From: Calditrichota bacterium
Lineage (GTDB): Bacteria; CLD3
NCBI GenBank assembly: GCA_008501735.1
Contig: QQUF01000040.1
Coordinates: 70,431 to 134,430 of the forward strand
Direction: 5' to 3'
DNA: 64,000 bases
Position 1 is the stretch's first letter. Every line of letters starts with the position of its first letter. Below are positions 9,568-18,945 of the stretch, piece by piece. The translations under genes and the position numbers were made by a program. Below the pieces are notes generated by a model that saw nothing but the letters and a program-made list of their open reading frames with translations, had not been told where the DNA came from and searched no databases.

Positions 9568-10266
9568 GTGAAGATTTTTTATTTTACAGAAGATGTAGCT
9601 TCACCTGAAGTTAACGAGAAGATTATCCAGTCAAGTTTAAACTTTTTAGGGTTCAGAGATGCAGTAGTTTTTCAGCAAGAAGGAATTAAAATACTTGGTG
9701 CAGATATAAATAATTTGAAAAATTTTCAGACTCTTATAAGTAATATTTTAGCAAAAGCAATTCTTGAAGAGGAGAAAGTTATATTCTGTTTTCATATAGA
9801 TACCGAAGTAAGTTTTGATATTTTTCAGCGTTCTTTGAACGGTGAAATTGATTTACTAGAAAATGGTACTATTTTGAAGAAATATTTAAGAGACTACCAA
9901 GAAATAATTAAGACCCTTTTTAAAGCTGCTATGCAAATTTCTGAAAATTTGAAATCTGATAGTTTTGTAGAAATGTTCCCTTGTCGCGCAATAGAAAGTT
10001 GGTGTGCGGCAAATCAACCTGAACTTATCATTCAGAATAGGCAAGTAAGAAAAGAACTAGCACAAATTATTAACTTACCGTTTTTAGATTACCTTCAAAA
10101 ACTTGATGAAATTGAAAAGTTTAAATTTGGAAAAACTGGAAGACAAGGGAAAGGTTTAGGTACGATGTTGAAACTTGTAAACAACAATTTCCCAACTAAA
10201 GAATTTTACGGAATTGAAAAGTCTTTTCACAGATTTGTGGAAAATTTAAGGTTAGCGATAAATTAG
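9568..10266 (+). CDS. ~232-aa partner protein, putative Toprim/DUF4276-like nuclease component
   Basis: A GTG start lies immediately after the ATPase stop (TAG GTG), so the genes are translationally coupled. The N-terminal hh-E-D (IFYFTEDV) and central D-T-E (FHIDTEV) motifs resemble Toprim acidic motifs. The family assignment is tentative. Confidence 0.45.
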   Translation: MKIFYFTEDVASPEVNEKIIQSSLNFLGFRDAVVFQQEGIKILGADINNLKNFQTLISNILAKAILEEEKVIFCFHIDTEVSFDIFQRSLNGEIDLLENGTILKKYLRDYQEIIKTLFKAAMQISENLKSDSFVEMFPCRAIESWCAANQPELIIQNRQVRKELAQIINLPFLDYLQKLDEIEKFKFGKTGRQGKGLGTMLKLVNNNFPTKEFYGIEKSFHRFVENLRLAIN

Positions 10267-10290
10267 AAAATTAAAATGAAAGATAAATAA

Positions 10291-11748
10291 ATGAAAAGAT
10301 TAGCCGAATTAGCGATTGACACAGCGGTTTTGAATGGAGCTTCTTATGCAGACATTAGAATAATTTACACTAAAAGAGAAAAGTTAGAAGTTACAACCGG
10401 TCACGTTACAGAAATGGATATTTCTGAAAATGTTGGCTTCGGAGTTAGAGTAATTGCAAATGGAGCTTGGGGGTTTGCAAGTTCAAACAATCTTAAAGTT
10501 GAAGAAATTCAAAAGACAGCAAAACTCGCAGTCCAAATTGCAAAAGCAAGTGCAATGCTCAAAAAACAAGATGTAAAACTTGCCAAAGAACCTGTTCACA
10601 ACGAGAGATGGCAAACACCTTACTTGATTGACCCATTTCAAGTTCCGATGCACGAAAAACTGGGTTTAATGCACCAAATTGATGACATTCTCAGAAGAGA
10701 CAGTCAAATTAAACGAACTTCCGTTTCAATGGATTTCTTGATGGAACACCAATGGCTTGCAACTTCAGAAGGAACTTTTATTGACCAAAAATTAATGAGA
10801 AGTGGAGTAGGTTACAGTGCAACAGCAGTCGGAAATAACGATATGCAAATTCGTTCTTACCCAAATTCTTTTAGAGGGCAGTATATGACAATGGGTTATG
10901 AATTGATTCACGGAATTCCACTTGTCGAAAATGCTGAAAGAGTCAGAGAGGAAGCGATTGCACTTTTGACAGCAAAAGAATGCCCTGAAGGCACAAAAGA
11001 TATAATTTTAGACGGAACTCAAATGGCTTTGCAAATCCACGAGTCAGTTGGACACGCAACAGAACTCGACAGAGTTTTGGGAATGGAAGCAAATTACGCA
11101 GGAATGAGTTTTGCGACATTAGAAAAGCTCAACAACTTTCGTTACGGTTCTGACGTTGTGAATTTAGTTTGTGATTCAACGGTTCCAAACGGACTTGCAA
11201 CAATCGGTTACGATGACGACGGAGTTCGTGCAAAACGTTATCATTTGGTGAAAGATGGTGATTTTGTCGGCTACCAATTTAACAGAGAACTTGCTCACAC
11301 AATCGAAGCAGAAGAGTCGAGCGGAAACAATAGAGCTCACGGTTGGAGCAATATTCCGATTGTAAGAATTACAAACCTGAGTTTAATGCCTGGTGAATGG
11401 GAATTTGATGATTTGGTTTCTGACACTGAAGATGGAATTTATATGGAAACCAACAAATGTTGGAGCATTGACCAATGGCGATTAAATTTTGAATTTGGAA
11501 CTGAAATCGGTTGGGAAATTAAAAACGGTAAAAAAGGTGAAATGCTCAAAAATTGCTCTTACCAAAGCATCACACCGAAATTCTGGGGTTCTTGCGACGC
11601 AATTTGTAACGACAATTATTGGACACTTTGGGGAGTAAGTAATTGCGGAAAAGGCCAACCTGGACAAACCGCCGAAATGTCTCACGGTGCTTCTCCAACA
11701 AGATTCAGAAACATAAATGTCGGAATTGGAAATTCAACTTTGAAATGA
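10291..11748 (+). CDS. tldD: TldD metalloprotease
   Basis: HESVGHATELD (HExxxH) is present. The 485 aa are typical TldD length and organisation. Confidence 0.85.
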   Translation: MKRLAELAIDTAVLNGASYADIRIIYTKREKLEVTTGHVTEMDISENVGFGVRVIANGAWGFASSNNLKVEEIQKTAKLAVQIAKASAMLKKQDVKLAKEPVHNERWQTPYLIDPFQVPMHEKLGLMHQIDDILRRDSQIKRTSVSMDFLMEHQWLATSEGTFIDQKLMRSGVGYSATAVGNNDMQIRSYPNSFRGQYMTMGYELIHGIPLVENAERVREEAIALLTAKECPEGTKDIILDGTQMALQIHESVGHATELDRVLGMEANYAGMSFATLEKLNNFRYGSDVVNLVCDSTVPNGLATIGYDDDGVRAKRYHLVKDGDFVGYQFNRELAHTIEAEESSGNNRAHGWSNIPIVRITNLSLMPGEWEFDDLVSDTEDGIYMETNKCWSIDQWRLNFEFGTEIGWEIKNGKKGEMLKNCSYQSITPKFWGSCDAICNDNYWTLWGVSNCGKGQPGQTAEMSHGASPTRFRNINVGIGNSTLK

Positions 11749-11837
11749 TTAACGACTAATAGAATTTAAAATTCATCGGATGGACTGAAAGTTATTTGAT
11801 GAAAAAATTACATTGTATTTGTTAGCAAAAATTTTGG

Positions 11838-11870
11838 TTTAGTGGTAGTTTTTTAAAAACTACCACTAAA
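11838..11870. terminator. AT-rich perfect inverted repeat (15-bp arms) between convergent tldD and the 11883 ORF, likely a bidirectional terminator
   Basis: tttagtggtagtttt / aaaactaccactaaa. Confidence 0.5.
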
Positions 11871-11882
11871 CTTCAAAAATTT

Positions 11883-12158
11883 TTAACTCTTAATTTTCAA
11901 TTCTTCAATAGAAGAGCCGTTTTTTAATTTATTGTAAGCCATAACAAGTTCGCGATTGTCAAAATCTGAAAGTCTTAAACCTTCTTTTCCGTAACCTTCG
12001 AGTAATTTTTCAAAAAATATTCCGTCTTCGTATTTTGTGAGTTGGTAGCGATTCCGAAGCCGAAGTTTGTATTCTTTCAATTTGTCTAAAAGTTCACCTT
12101 GTCGTTCGATTTTAACTCTTGTCGGATTTAACTCAGACACTTTCGACCTCCTTAGCAA
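11883..12158 (-). CDS. hypothetical small protein (91 aa) overlapping the 3' end of the nfnB-like gene
   Basis: The ORF is present in the track but has no recognisable motifs. It overlaps the upstream gene by 26 nt. Confidence 0.3.
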   Translation of the reverse strand: MLRRSKVSELNPTRVKIERQGELLDKLKEYKLRLRNRYQLTKYEDGIFFEKLLEGYGKEGLRLSDFDNRELVMAYNKLKNGSSIEELKIKS

Positions 12159-13599
12159 AGTAAGTGTGTTTCGCAGTTTTCTCTGTCAAGTAATGGTGAA
12201 TTGAACGAGCGGCAATTTTTGCTTGTCCCATTGCAGTAATCACTTTTGCTCCGCCTGTGATAATGTCACCTCCTGCAAAAACGCCTTTTTTTGAAGTTTC
12301 CAAAGTTTCTTCGTTCACCAAAACGACGCCCCATTTGTTTGTAACAATTTCCGGTGTTGAGTCAGGAATTAGAGGGTTTACGTTACAACCAAGCGAGAAA
12401 ATCACTGTATCAACTTCGTCAACAAATTGTTTGCCTGTTGGAGTTGGTCTTCTTCTACCTGAGTCGTCAGGTTCGCCAAGTTTCATTTCGTCACAAACGA
12501 TTTTTTTAACAAAATAATCTTCGTCCCCAACAAATTCTACAGGGTTTGACAAAAATTTAAAATTGATAAATTCTTCCATTGCGTGGCGAAGTTCTTCAGT
12601 TCTCGCTGGAGCTTCTTCTTTTGAGCGTCTGTAGTAAACTGTAACTTCTGCTCCAAGACGTTTTGCAGTTCTTGCAACGTCCATTGCAGTGTTTCCTGCT
12701 CCGATTACTCCGACTTTTTTGCCTTGGTTCAAAGGAGTTACGTTGTCTGGAAATCTGTCTGCTCCCATCAAATAAATTCTTGTCAAATACTCGTTTGCCG
12801 AATAAATTCCGTTTAAATTTTCACCTTTAATATTGAGCATTTTCGGTAAACCCGCTCCTGTTCCAATGAAAATTGCATCGAATCCAAATTCTTTACTGAG
12901 CATTTCATCTAAAGTCATTGATTTTCCAATGATTGTGTTGAATTCAAAATTTACTCCCATTTCTTCAAGAGCTTTTACATCTTCATCAATGATGTCAAGT
13001 GGAAGTCTGAATCTTGGAATTCCGTAAACCAAAACTCCACCTGCTCTGTGGAATGCTTCGTAAACTGTAACTTCGTGTCCACGTTTTCGGAGTTCGTAAG
13101 CTGCAGTAAGCCCTGCAGGTCCACTTCCGACAACTGCGACACTAAAACCTGTTGGAGCTTCGATTTCAGGTGTAACTCTAAGTCCGTGTTCTCTTTCGTA
13201 GTCAGCAACAAAACGTTCAAGATTCCCGATTGAAAGCGGTTTATTTTTCTTTCCAACGATGCAAGTAAGTTCGCATTGTTGGTCTTGTGGACAAACTCTT
13301 CCGCAAATTGCAGGCAAAAAATTTGTCTCACGAATTTTTGCAATCGCTCCCGCAAAATCGCCGTCTTCAACTTTTTTAAGAAATGCAGGAATGTCAATTC
13401 CAACGGGACAACCAACCATACATTTTGGGTCTTTGCAATCCAAACAACGAAGTGCTTCGATTTCCGCAAGGTCTTCTGAAAAACCAAGTGGAACTTCTCC
13501 GAATCCAAGAACTCTTTCTTCTGCCGTTCTTTCGGGCATCTCAGTTCTTTGGATTTTCATTTTTTCTTTTGGTTTTAATTTTGGCTTTTGGTCTTTCAT
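12133..13599 (-). CDS. NADPH-dependent glutamate synthase beta-chain-like oxidoreductase (NfnB/SudA/GltD family)
   Basis: An N-terminal Fe-S cysteine cluster (CLDCKDPKCMVGCPVG) is followed by two Rossmann dinucleotide-binding motifs (VAVVGSGPAGL, VGVIGAGNTAMD). Confidence 0.8.
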   Translation of the reverse strand: MKDQKPKLKPKEKMKIQRTEMPERTAEERVLGFGEVPLGFSEDLAEIEALRCLDCKDPKCMVGCPVGIDIPAFLKKVEDGDFAGAIAKIRETNFLPAICGRVCPQDQQCELTCIVGKKNKPLSIGNLERFVADYEREHGLRVTPEIEAPTGFSVAVVGSGPAGLTAAYELRKRGHEVTVYEAFHRAGGVLVYGIPRFRLPLDIIDEDVKALEEMGVNFEFNTIIGKSMTLDEMLSKEFGFDAIFIGTGAGLPKMLNIKGENLNGIYSANEYLTRIYLMGADRFPDNVTPLNQGKKVGVIGAGNTAMDVARTAKRLGAEVTVYYRRSKEEAPARTEELRHAMEEFINFKFLSNPVEFVGDEDYFVKKIVCDEMKLGEPDDSGRRRPTPTGKQFVDEVDTVIFSLGCNVNPLIPDSTPEIVTNKWGVVLVNEETLETSKKGVFAGGDIITGGAKVITAMGQAKIAARSIHHYLTEKTAKHTYFAKEVESV

Positions 13600-14435
13600 A
13601 CTAACACCTCGTTAAGTTGCTCAAGAGCAATTTTTTCTTGAACTTGAAACATTTTTTGTCTTGCTTGTAATTCTTCAAAATTAACTTCGTGTCCGTTAAA
13701 ATCTGGACCGTGGAAACAAGCGAATTGAGTTTTTCCGCCAACAGTGCAACGACAAGCTCCACACATTCCTGTTCCGTCAACCATAATTGCATTGAGCGAA
13801 ACCCAAGTTTGAATTCCGTTAGGTCTTGTCATTTCGGAAACTGCTTTCATCATCGGAACAGGTCCGACAGCCAAAACGTAAGAAACTTTTTCTCTTTCAA
13901 TGACTTTCGCCAAACCGTGAGTTACAAAACCTTCGATTCCCATTGAACCGTCGTTTGTTGTGGGAATTACTTCGTCACAAACTTCATTCATTTCATCTTG
14001 AAGCAAAAGTAAATCTTTGTTTCTTGCACCGACAATTCCGATGACTTTGTTTCCGAGAGCTTTCAAATCTCTTGCAGTTGGAATAATTGCTCCGGTTCCA
14101 TAACCGCCTCCAATCAAAACAGCTGTTCCGTCAAGTTCTTCAACATGAGAACGTTTACCAAGAGGTCCAACGATGTCTTGGAAACAATCACCAACTTTGA
14201 GCATTATTGCTTCAGCAGAAGTTCTTCCCGCTGCCATAATAATTATGCGAATTGAACCCTCATTTCGATTCCAACCTGAAATTGAAATAGGGATTCTTTC
14301 GCCATTTGCTGAAACTCGTAAAATTATAAATTGACCGCCTTGAATAGCTCTTGCTACTGTGGGTGCAAAAATGTTAAACATAATTGTTTTCGGGGCAAGT
14401 TCTTCACGAGTAAGAATTTCAAATAATTTGGGCAT
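13596..14435 (-). CDS. ferredoxin-NADP reductase-like small subunit (NfnA/SudB/PyrK-like), FAD + 2Fe-2S
   Basis: 279 aa with an FNR-like fold and a C-terminal Cys cluster (GMCGACRC). It overlaps the downstream GltD-like gene by 4 nt. Confidence 0.75.
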   Translation of the reverse strand: MPKLFEILTREELAPKTIMFNIFAPTVARAIQGGQFIILRVSANGERIPISISGWNRNEGSIRIIIMAAGRTSAEAIMLKVGDCFQDIVGPLGKRSHVEELDGTAVLIGGGYGTGAIIPTARDLKALGNKVIGIVGARNKDLLLLQDEMNEVCDEVIPTTNDGSMGIEGFVTHGLAKVIEREKVSYVLAVGPVPMMKAVSEMTRPNGIQTWVSLNAIMVDGTGMCGACRCTVGGKTQFACFHGPDFNGHEVNFEELQARQKMFQVQEKIALEQLNEVLV

Positions 14436-14585
14436 TTTCGTCTCCGTTTGAATTTAATTTTCAAAACACAGACTTTACAAAAGACATACCGAAAAAAATA
14501 GGTCTTTCAAGGCTTTACGAAAGGAGTCACAAATCTAAAAAAAGGATTTTTGAGAATTGTATTGCAAAACTAAGAGGAAGTGAAA

Positions 14586-15848
14586 TTATTTAATTAGGAA
14601 AAGGCTTAACTCAGGAATGTAAGTTATTAAAAGTAAAGCAACTAAAAGCAGTAGGATAAAAGGAATCGAAGCTGAGTAAAGGCTGAGAATTGGCTTTTTA
14701 AACCTGAAACTTGAAATGAAAAGATTGAGCCCAACAGGTGGAGTTAAGTAACCTATTTCGAGATTTGTCAGAAAAATAATTCCAAGATGCACGGGGTCAA
14801 TTCCAAATTCATTTGCAATCGGAACAATCAAAGGCACAACAACAACAATTGCCGAAAAAATATCCATCAGAGCACCAACAAGCAAAAGAAAAACATTCAG
14901 CAGAAGTAAAAATGCCCATTTGTTTGTAATGAATTCACGAATCAAGTCAAGCATTTGCATTGGAATTTGTTCGTCAATTAAGAAATTTGTTAAACCTAAA
15001 GCACAGCCTAAAATTATTATAATTCCGCCAACTAAAGTCATACTTTCCTGCATAATTCTTGGAACGTCTTTGGTCAGGCTTAGGTCTTTGTAAATAAAAA
15101 CTTCGACGACAAAAATGTAAAAAGCAGTAACTGCCGCAGCTTCTGTTGCTGTAAAGAATCCACCGTAAATTCCAATCAAAACAATGAAAGGCAAAGGAAT
15201 TTCCCAAGCTACTTCTTTTGCCGTCCTAAGAACTTCTGACATCGAAAATTCTGTTTTCTCAACTTCACCAAAATTTGCGTTTTTTACACTGTAAGCACCA
15301 AGAACAGCAATTAAAACAAAGCCCGGAACTATTCCAGCAACAAACAAATCGTCAATGCTAACTTGAGCGACAAGTCCGTAAAGAATTATCGGTAAACTCG
15401 GCGGAAAAAGTAAACCTAAACTTCCAGAAGCAGTGAGAAGTCCAAGTGTGAATTTTTCGCTATATTTTTCTTTTAACAAAATCGGGTAAAGAAGTCCGCC
15501 AAGAGCAATAATTGTTACTCCCGAAGCTCCTGTGAAAGCGGTAAAAAATGCACAAGAAACAAGTGAAACAATCGCAATTCCTCCAGGAATCCAACCGATT
15601 GTCGCACGAGCAAAATTCACAAGTCTTTTCGGCGAATTCGATTCCGCCATTAAATAACCTGCGAAAGTGAAAAGTGGAATTGCGAGTAAAGTTGGGATTG
15701 AGGAGATTCGGTAAAACTCTATGAAAATTCCCCAAGTTTCTAGGTCAAAAGTGTTGTAACAAAGTAAGGCAGCTGCTCCAAGAACGATAAAAAGAGGAGT
15801 TCCAAGTAGTGCAAGAATTACAATTAATATCGCAAAAACAAAAGTCAT
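14586..15848 (-). CDS. dctM: TRAP transporter large permease
   Basis: 420 aa polytopic membrane protein of DctM type. Its start overlaps the dctQ stop (15845-15848). Confidence 0.8.
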   Translation of the reverse strand: MTFVFAILIVILALLGTPLFIVLGAAALLCYNTFDLETWGIFIEFYRISSIPTLLAIPLFTFAGYLMAESNSPKRLVNFARATIGWIPGGIAIVSLVSCAFFTAFTGASGVTIIALGGLLYPILLKEKYSEKFTLGLLTASGSLGLLFPPSLPIILYGLVAQVSIDDLFVAGIVPGFVLIAVLGAYSVKNANFGEVEKTEFSMSEVLRTAKEVAWEIPLPFIVLIGIYGGFFTATEAAAVTAFYIFVVEVFIYKDLSLTKDVPRIMQESMTLVGGIIIILGCALGLTNFLIDEQIPMQMLDLIREFITNKWAFLLLLNVFLLLVGALMDIFSAIVVVVPLIVPIANEFGIDPVHLGIIFLTNLEIGYLTPPVGLNLFISSFRFKKPILSLYSASIPFILLLLVALLLITYIPELSLFLIK

Positions 15849-16384
15849 TCAGTAACCTCAAGCTCTTCTTCTTGTGTAAAGAATGTGATTCCAGCTTCAA
15901 TACCGTTTATCAAAAACCTTGCTGAAATTATTACAAACGCAACTGGTAAAATTGAAGCAAAAACCCAAGTGTGCACTTCTTCAAAATTCACAAATCCAAG
16001 TGAGATTTCTTGAAAGAGCACAGAACCAAATTCTTTCTCATCAAGAATAAAAGTATAAGCGGCTTGAGAAAGCAAGTAAGCGATGTAAACTGAAAAAAAG
16101 TTGGTAATGACTTTTGAAAGCATTTTGTATTTGAAAGGCAAAAATCTTGAAGCCGCGTCAATTGCAATATTTTTATCACTTTTGACGGAAAGAGAAGCAC
16201 CAATTAGCCCAACCCACAAAACCATTTGACGCAAAAAAATGTCTGCCCAGTCGATTCCTGTTCCCGCAAAGTTTCGCAAACAAACCTGCGTGAAAGAAAG
16301 CAAAACCATCGAAGTAAGCACCAGAACCAACAACCAACCTTCAAATTTTGCAACAATGGAATTAAGTTTTTGAATAAATTTCAT
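15845..16384 (-). CDS. dctQ: TRAP transporter small permease
   Basis: 179 aa with 4 TM segments, immediately upstream of and overlapping dctM. Confidence 0.7.
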   Translation of the reverse strand: MKFIQKLNSIVAKFEGWLLVLVLTSMVLLSFTQVCLRNFAGTGIDWADIFLRQMVLWVGLIGASLSVKSDKNIAIDAASRFLPFKYKMLSKVITNFFSVYIAYLLSQAAYTFILDEKEFGSVLFQEISLGFVNFEEVHTWVFASILPVAFVIISARFLINGIEAGITFFTQEEELEVTE

Positions 16385-16468
16385 TACGACTTCTCTTAGT
16401 GAAAAATTGAACTCGGAATTTAGTTAAGGAGGTTTTTAATAGCAATTTGAAAATAAAAGAATGAAAAT

Positions 16469-16505
16469 ACGTCAAAAGCAACGTGCGTCGTTTTTGACGT
16501 GCGTT
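16469..16505. promoter_or_regulatory. inverted repeat ACGTCAAAA-N14-TTTTGACGT carrying two ACGTGCGT direct repeats, in the divergent dctQ / pdp intergenic region
   Basis: Read directly: acgtcaaaagcaacgtgcgtcgtttttgacgtgcgtt. Confidence 0.5.
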
Positions 16506-16590
16506 AATTCTGACGGATTAAAACAAAAATGTTGAAAAAGGCTAATCATTAAGCTATAATTTTGAAATTTTAAAAAATTAGAGATAAAAA

Positions 16591-17934
16591 ATGAACCCTG
16601 TTGAAATAATTGTAAAAAAACGTGATGGCAAAAAATTAACAAAAGAAGAAATTAGTTTTCTCATAAAATCTTACGTTGACGGCTCGCTTGCGGATTACCA
16701 AATGTCAGCTTTTGCGATGGCAGTTTACTTTAACGGATTGACTGATGAAGAAACTTCAATTTTGACTTTTGAGATGATTAATTCGGGCGAAACAATCGAC
16801 CTTTCGCAAATTTCAGGTTTAAAAATTGACAAACACAGTACCGGAGGAGTTGGCGACAAAACTTCGATGATTCTCGCACCGCTTGTCGCAAGTTTTGGAA
16901 TTCCTGTTCCAATGATGTCAGGAAGAGGACTTGGTCACACAGGCGGAACTTTGGACAAACTTGAATCCATTCCAGGGTTTCGTGTTGATTTGGAAGTTAA
17001 TGAGTTTAAAAAAATCCTGAGTGAAGTCGGTTTTGCGATGATGGGACAAACAAAAGACATTTGTCCCGCAGACAAAAAACTCTACTCACTTCGAGACGTT
17101 ACGGGAACTGTTGCTTCGATTCCTTTAATTTGTGCAAGTATTATGGGCAAAAAAATTGCGGAAGGAATTGACGGGCTTGTGCTTGACGTGAAAACAGGAA
17201 GCGGAGCTTTCATTCCTGAAAAATCAGAAACAATCAAACTTGCTCAAGGTTTAGTCAGAATCGGCGAACTTGCTGGTAAAAAAACAATTGCACTATTGAC
17301 AGATATGAGTCAGCCACTCGGAAATTACGTCGGGAATTGGCTTGAAATTAAAGAGTGCATCGAAATTCTACAAGATGGGAAAGGTGCAAAAGATTTGGTA
17401 GATTTGACTTTGGCACTTTCAGGAGCAATGCTTTTACTTGGTAAGAAAACTGATTCGATTTCAGAAGGAATTGAACTTTGCCGAAAAAAACTTGAGTCAG
17501 GTGAGCCTTTTGAACTTTTCAAAAAATCTGTTGTTGCTCAAGGTGGAGATTTGAGTGTAATTGAAAAGCCTGATTCTTACCCAAAATCTAAATTTGAATT
17601 TGATTTCGTAGCAGAGAAAGACGGTTTCATTTCTGAATTCAACAACTACGAAATCGGAATGACTGCTGTAAACCTTGGAGCAGGAAGAATGAAAGTTACT
17701 GACAAAATTGAGCCAAAAGCTGGAATGATTTTTCAAAAACGAGTCGGCAGCAAAGTTAAAAAAGGTGAGGGCATAGCAAAAGTTTTTACTGAGTTAGAGA
17801 ATTCGATTGAGCCTGCAAAATTAAGACTTGCAAATTCAGTAGTGATTTCTGAAAAACAGTCTCAAAAAAGCGACCTGATTCAAAATCTAATCGATTCTGA
17901 AGGCATTCACGAGTGGAATGATTTTTGTAAGTAA
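16591..17934 (+). CDS. pdp: pyrimidine-nucleoside (thymidine) phosphorylase
   Basis: The STGGVGDKTS motif and the 447-aa DeoA/Pdp architecture are present. Confidence 0.85.
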   Translation: MNPVEIIVKKRDGKKLTKEEISFLIKSYVDGSLADYQMSAFAMAVYFNGLTDEETSILTFEMINSGETIDLSQISGLKIDKHSTGGVGDKTSMILAPLVASFGIPVPMMSGRGLGHTGGTLDKLESIPGFRVDLEVNEFKKILSEVGFAMMGQTKDICPADKKLYSLRDVTGTVASIPLICASIMGKKIAEGIDGLVLDVKTGSGAFIPEKSETIKLAQGLVRIGELAGKKTIALLTDMSQPLGNYVGNWLEIKECIEILQDGKGAKDLVDLTLALSGAMLLLGKKTDSISEGIELCRKKLESGEPFELFKKSVVAQGGDLSVIEKPDSYPKSKFEFDFVAEKDGFISEFNNYEIGMTAVNLGAGRMKVTDKIEPKAGMIFQKRVGSKVKKGEGIAKVFTELENSIEPAKLRLANSVVISEKQSQKSDLIQNLIDSEGIHEWNDFCK

Positions 17935-18014
17935 AATTAGCTTTTGTAAAATTAGTAAAAAGTTTGTTTTTCAAATACTCAAAACTATTTTAAAAAATAT
18001 CATAGGAGAACTAA

Positions 18015-18869
18015 ATGTCTAATAAATCAAATCTTCAAAATCGAAGAGAAGCCTTAAAAAGAATGGGACTTGCTGTCGCAGGAATTGCAGCAGCACCAGT
18101 TGTTACAAAGCTAACAGGAACTGATGAATTTTTCAGTTTCAGTGCTTTTGCAGGACCAAAAACAAAATACAAAGGTAAAGCTGGTTTTAAAGGCGTCACT
18201 TTAAGTGGAAGAATTACATTTTCTGGAACTGTGCCAAAACCAATTATGAAAGATATTACAGCAGATTTTGATGTTGCAGGAAAAGCACCAAGAGTTTGGG
18301 AAGCACTTAACGTTGGGACAGGAAATGGTGTTAAAGACCTTGTAGTTTTCATTGAAGAAGCGAAAACAGGAAAGAAATTTTCAGGAAAAGAAACAATTCT
18401 TGACCACAAAGGTGCAGTTATGATTCCAAGAGTTGATGTGATTGAACTTGCAAAAGTTTCTGGTGGGAAAATGATGGTTTACAACAATGACCCAGTTTTA
18501 CACCAGGTTAGAGCAGTGAATGAGAAAGGTAAACAAATCAAAAACTTGGCACTCCCAACAAAGGGAATGAAACTCCCTTTCAAAACTAAAAAGCCAGGAA
18601 CTTTGGAATGCACTTGCGACCCACATCCTTGGGAACGTTCATTCAGACTTGCTGCACAAAACCCTTACTATGCAATTACAAGTGAAGATGGAAGTTTTGA
18701 AATTTATGACTTAGCTGACGGAACTTATACTCTCAAAGTTTGGGGAGAAGGAATTAAAGAAGCAAGTGGAAAAGTTGTCAAACAAATCACAGTTGCAGGT
18801 GGAGCAGTAACGGCTAATCTTGAACTTACAAAGGCAGACTTAACTGATGCATTACAAAAGAATGCTTAA
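18015..18869 (+). CDS. Tat-signal periplasmic protein of unknown function with C-terminal carboxypeptidase-regulatory-like beta-sandwich
   Basis: A twin-arginine signal is present (RREALKRMGLAVAGIAAAPVV). A CTCDPHPWE Cys motif follows. Confidence 0.5.
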   Translation: MSNKSNLQNRREALKRMGLAVAGIAAAPVVTKLTGTDEFFSFSAFAGPKTKYKGKAGFKGVTLSGRITFSGTVPKPIMKDITADFDVAGKAPRVWEALNVGTGNGVKDLVVFIEEAKTGKKFSGKETILDHKGAVMIPRVDVIELAKVSGGKMMVYNNDPVLHQVRAVNEKGKQIKNLALPTKGMKLPFKTKKPGTLECTCDPHPWERSFRLAAQNPYYAITSEDGSFEIYDLADGTYTLKVWGEGIKEASGKVVKQITVAGGAVTANLELTKADLTDALQKNA

Positions 18870-18890
18870 ATAATTTTCTTTCTGAAAACA

Positions 18891-18927
18891 AAAAAGCCAC
18901 ACTAAATATTTAGTGTGGCTTTTTTTA
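18891..18927. terminator. rho-independent bidirectional terminator
   Basis: An A-run is followed by the gccacactaaata/tatttagtgtggc hairpin and then a T-run. Confidence 0.8.
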
Positions 18928-18945
18928 TCTAAAAAAAATTTCAGA

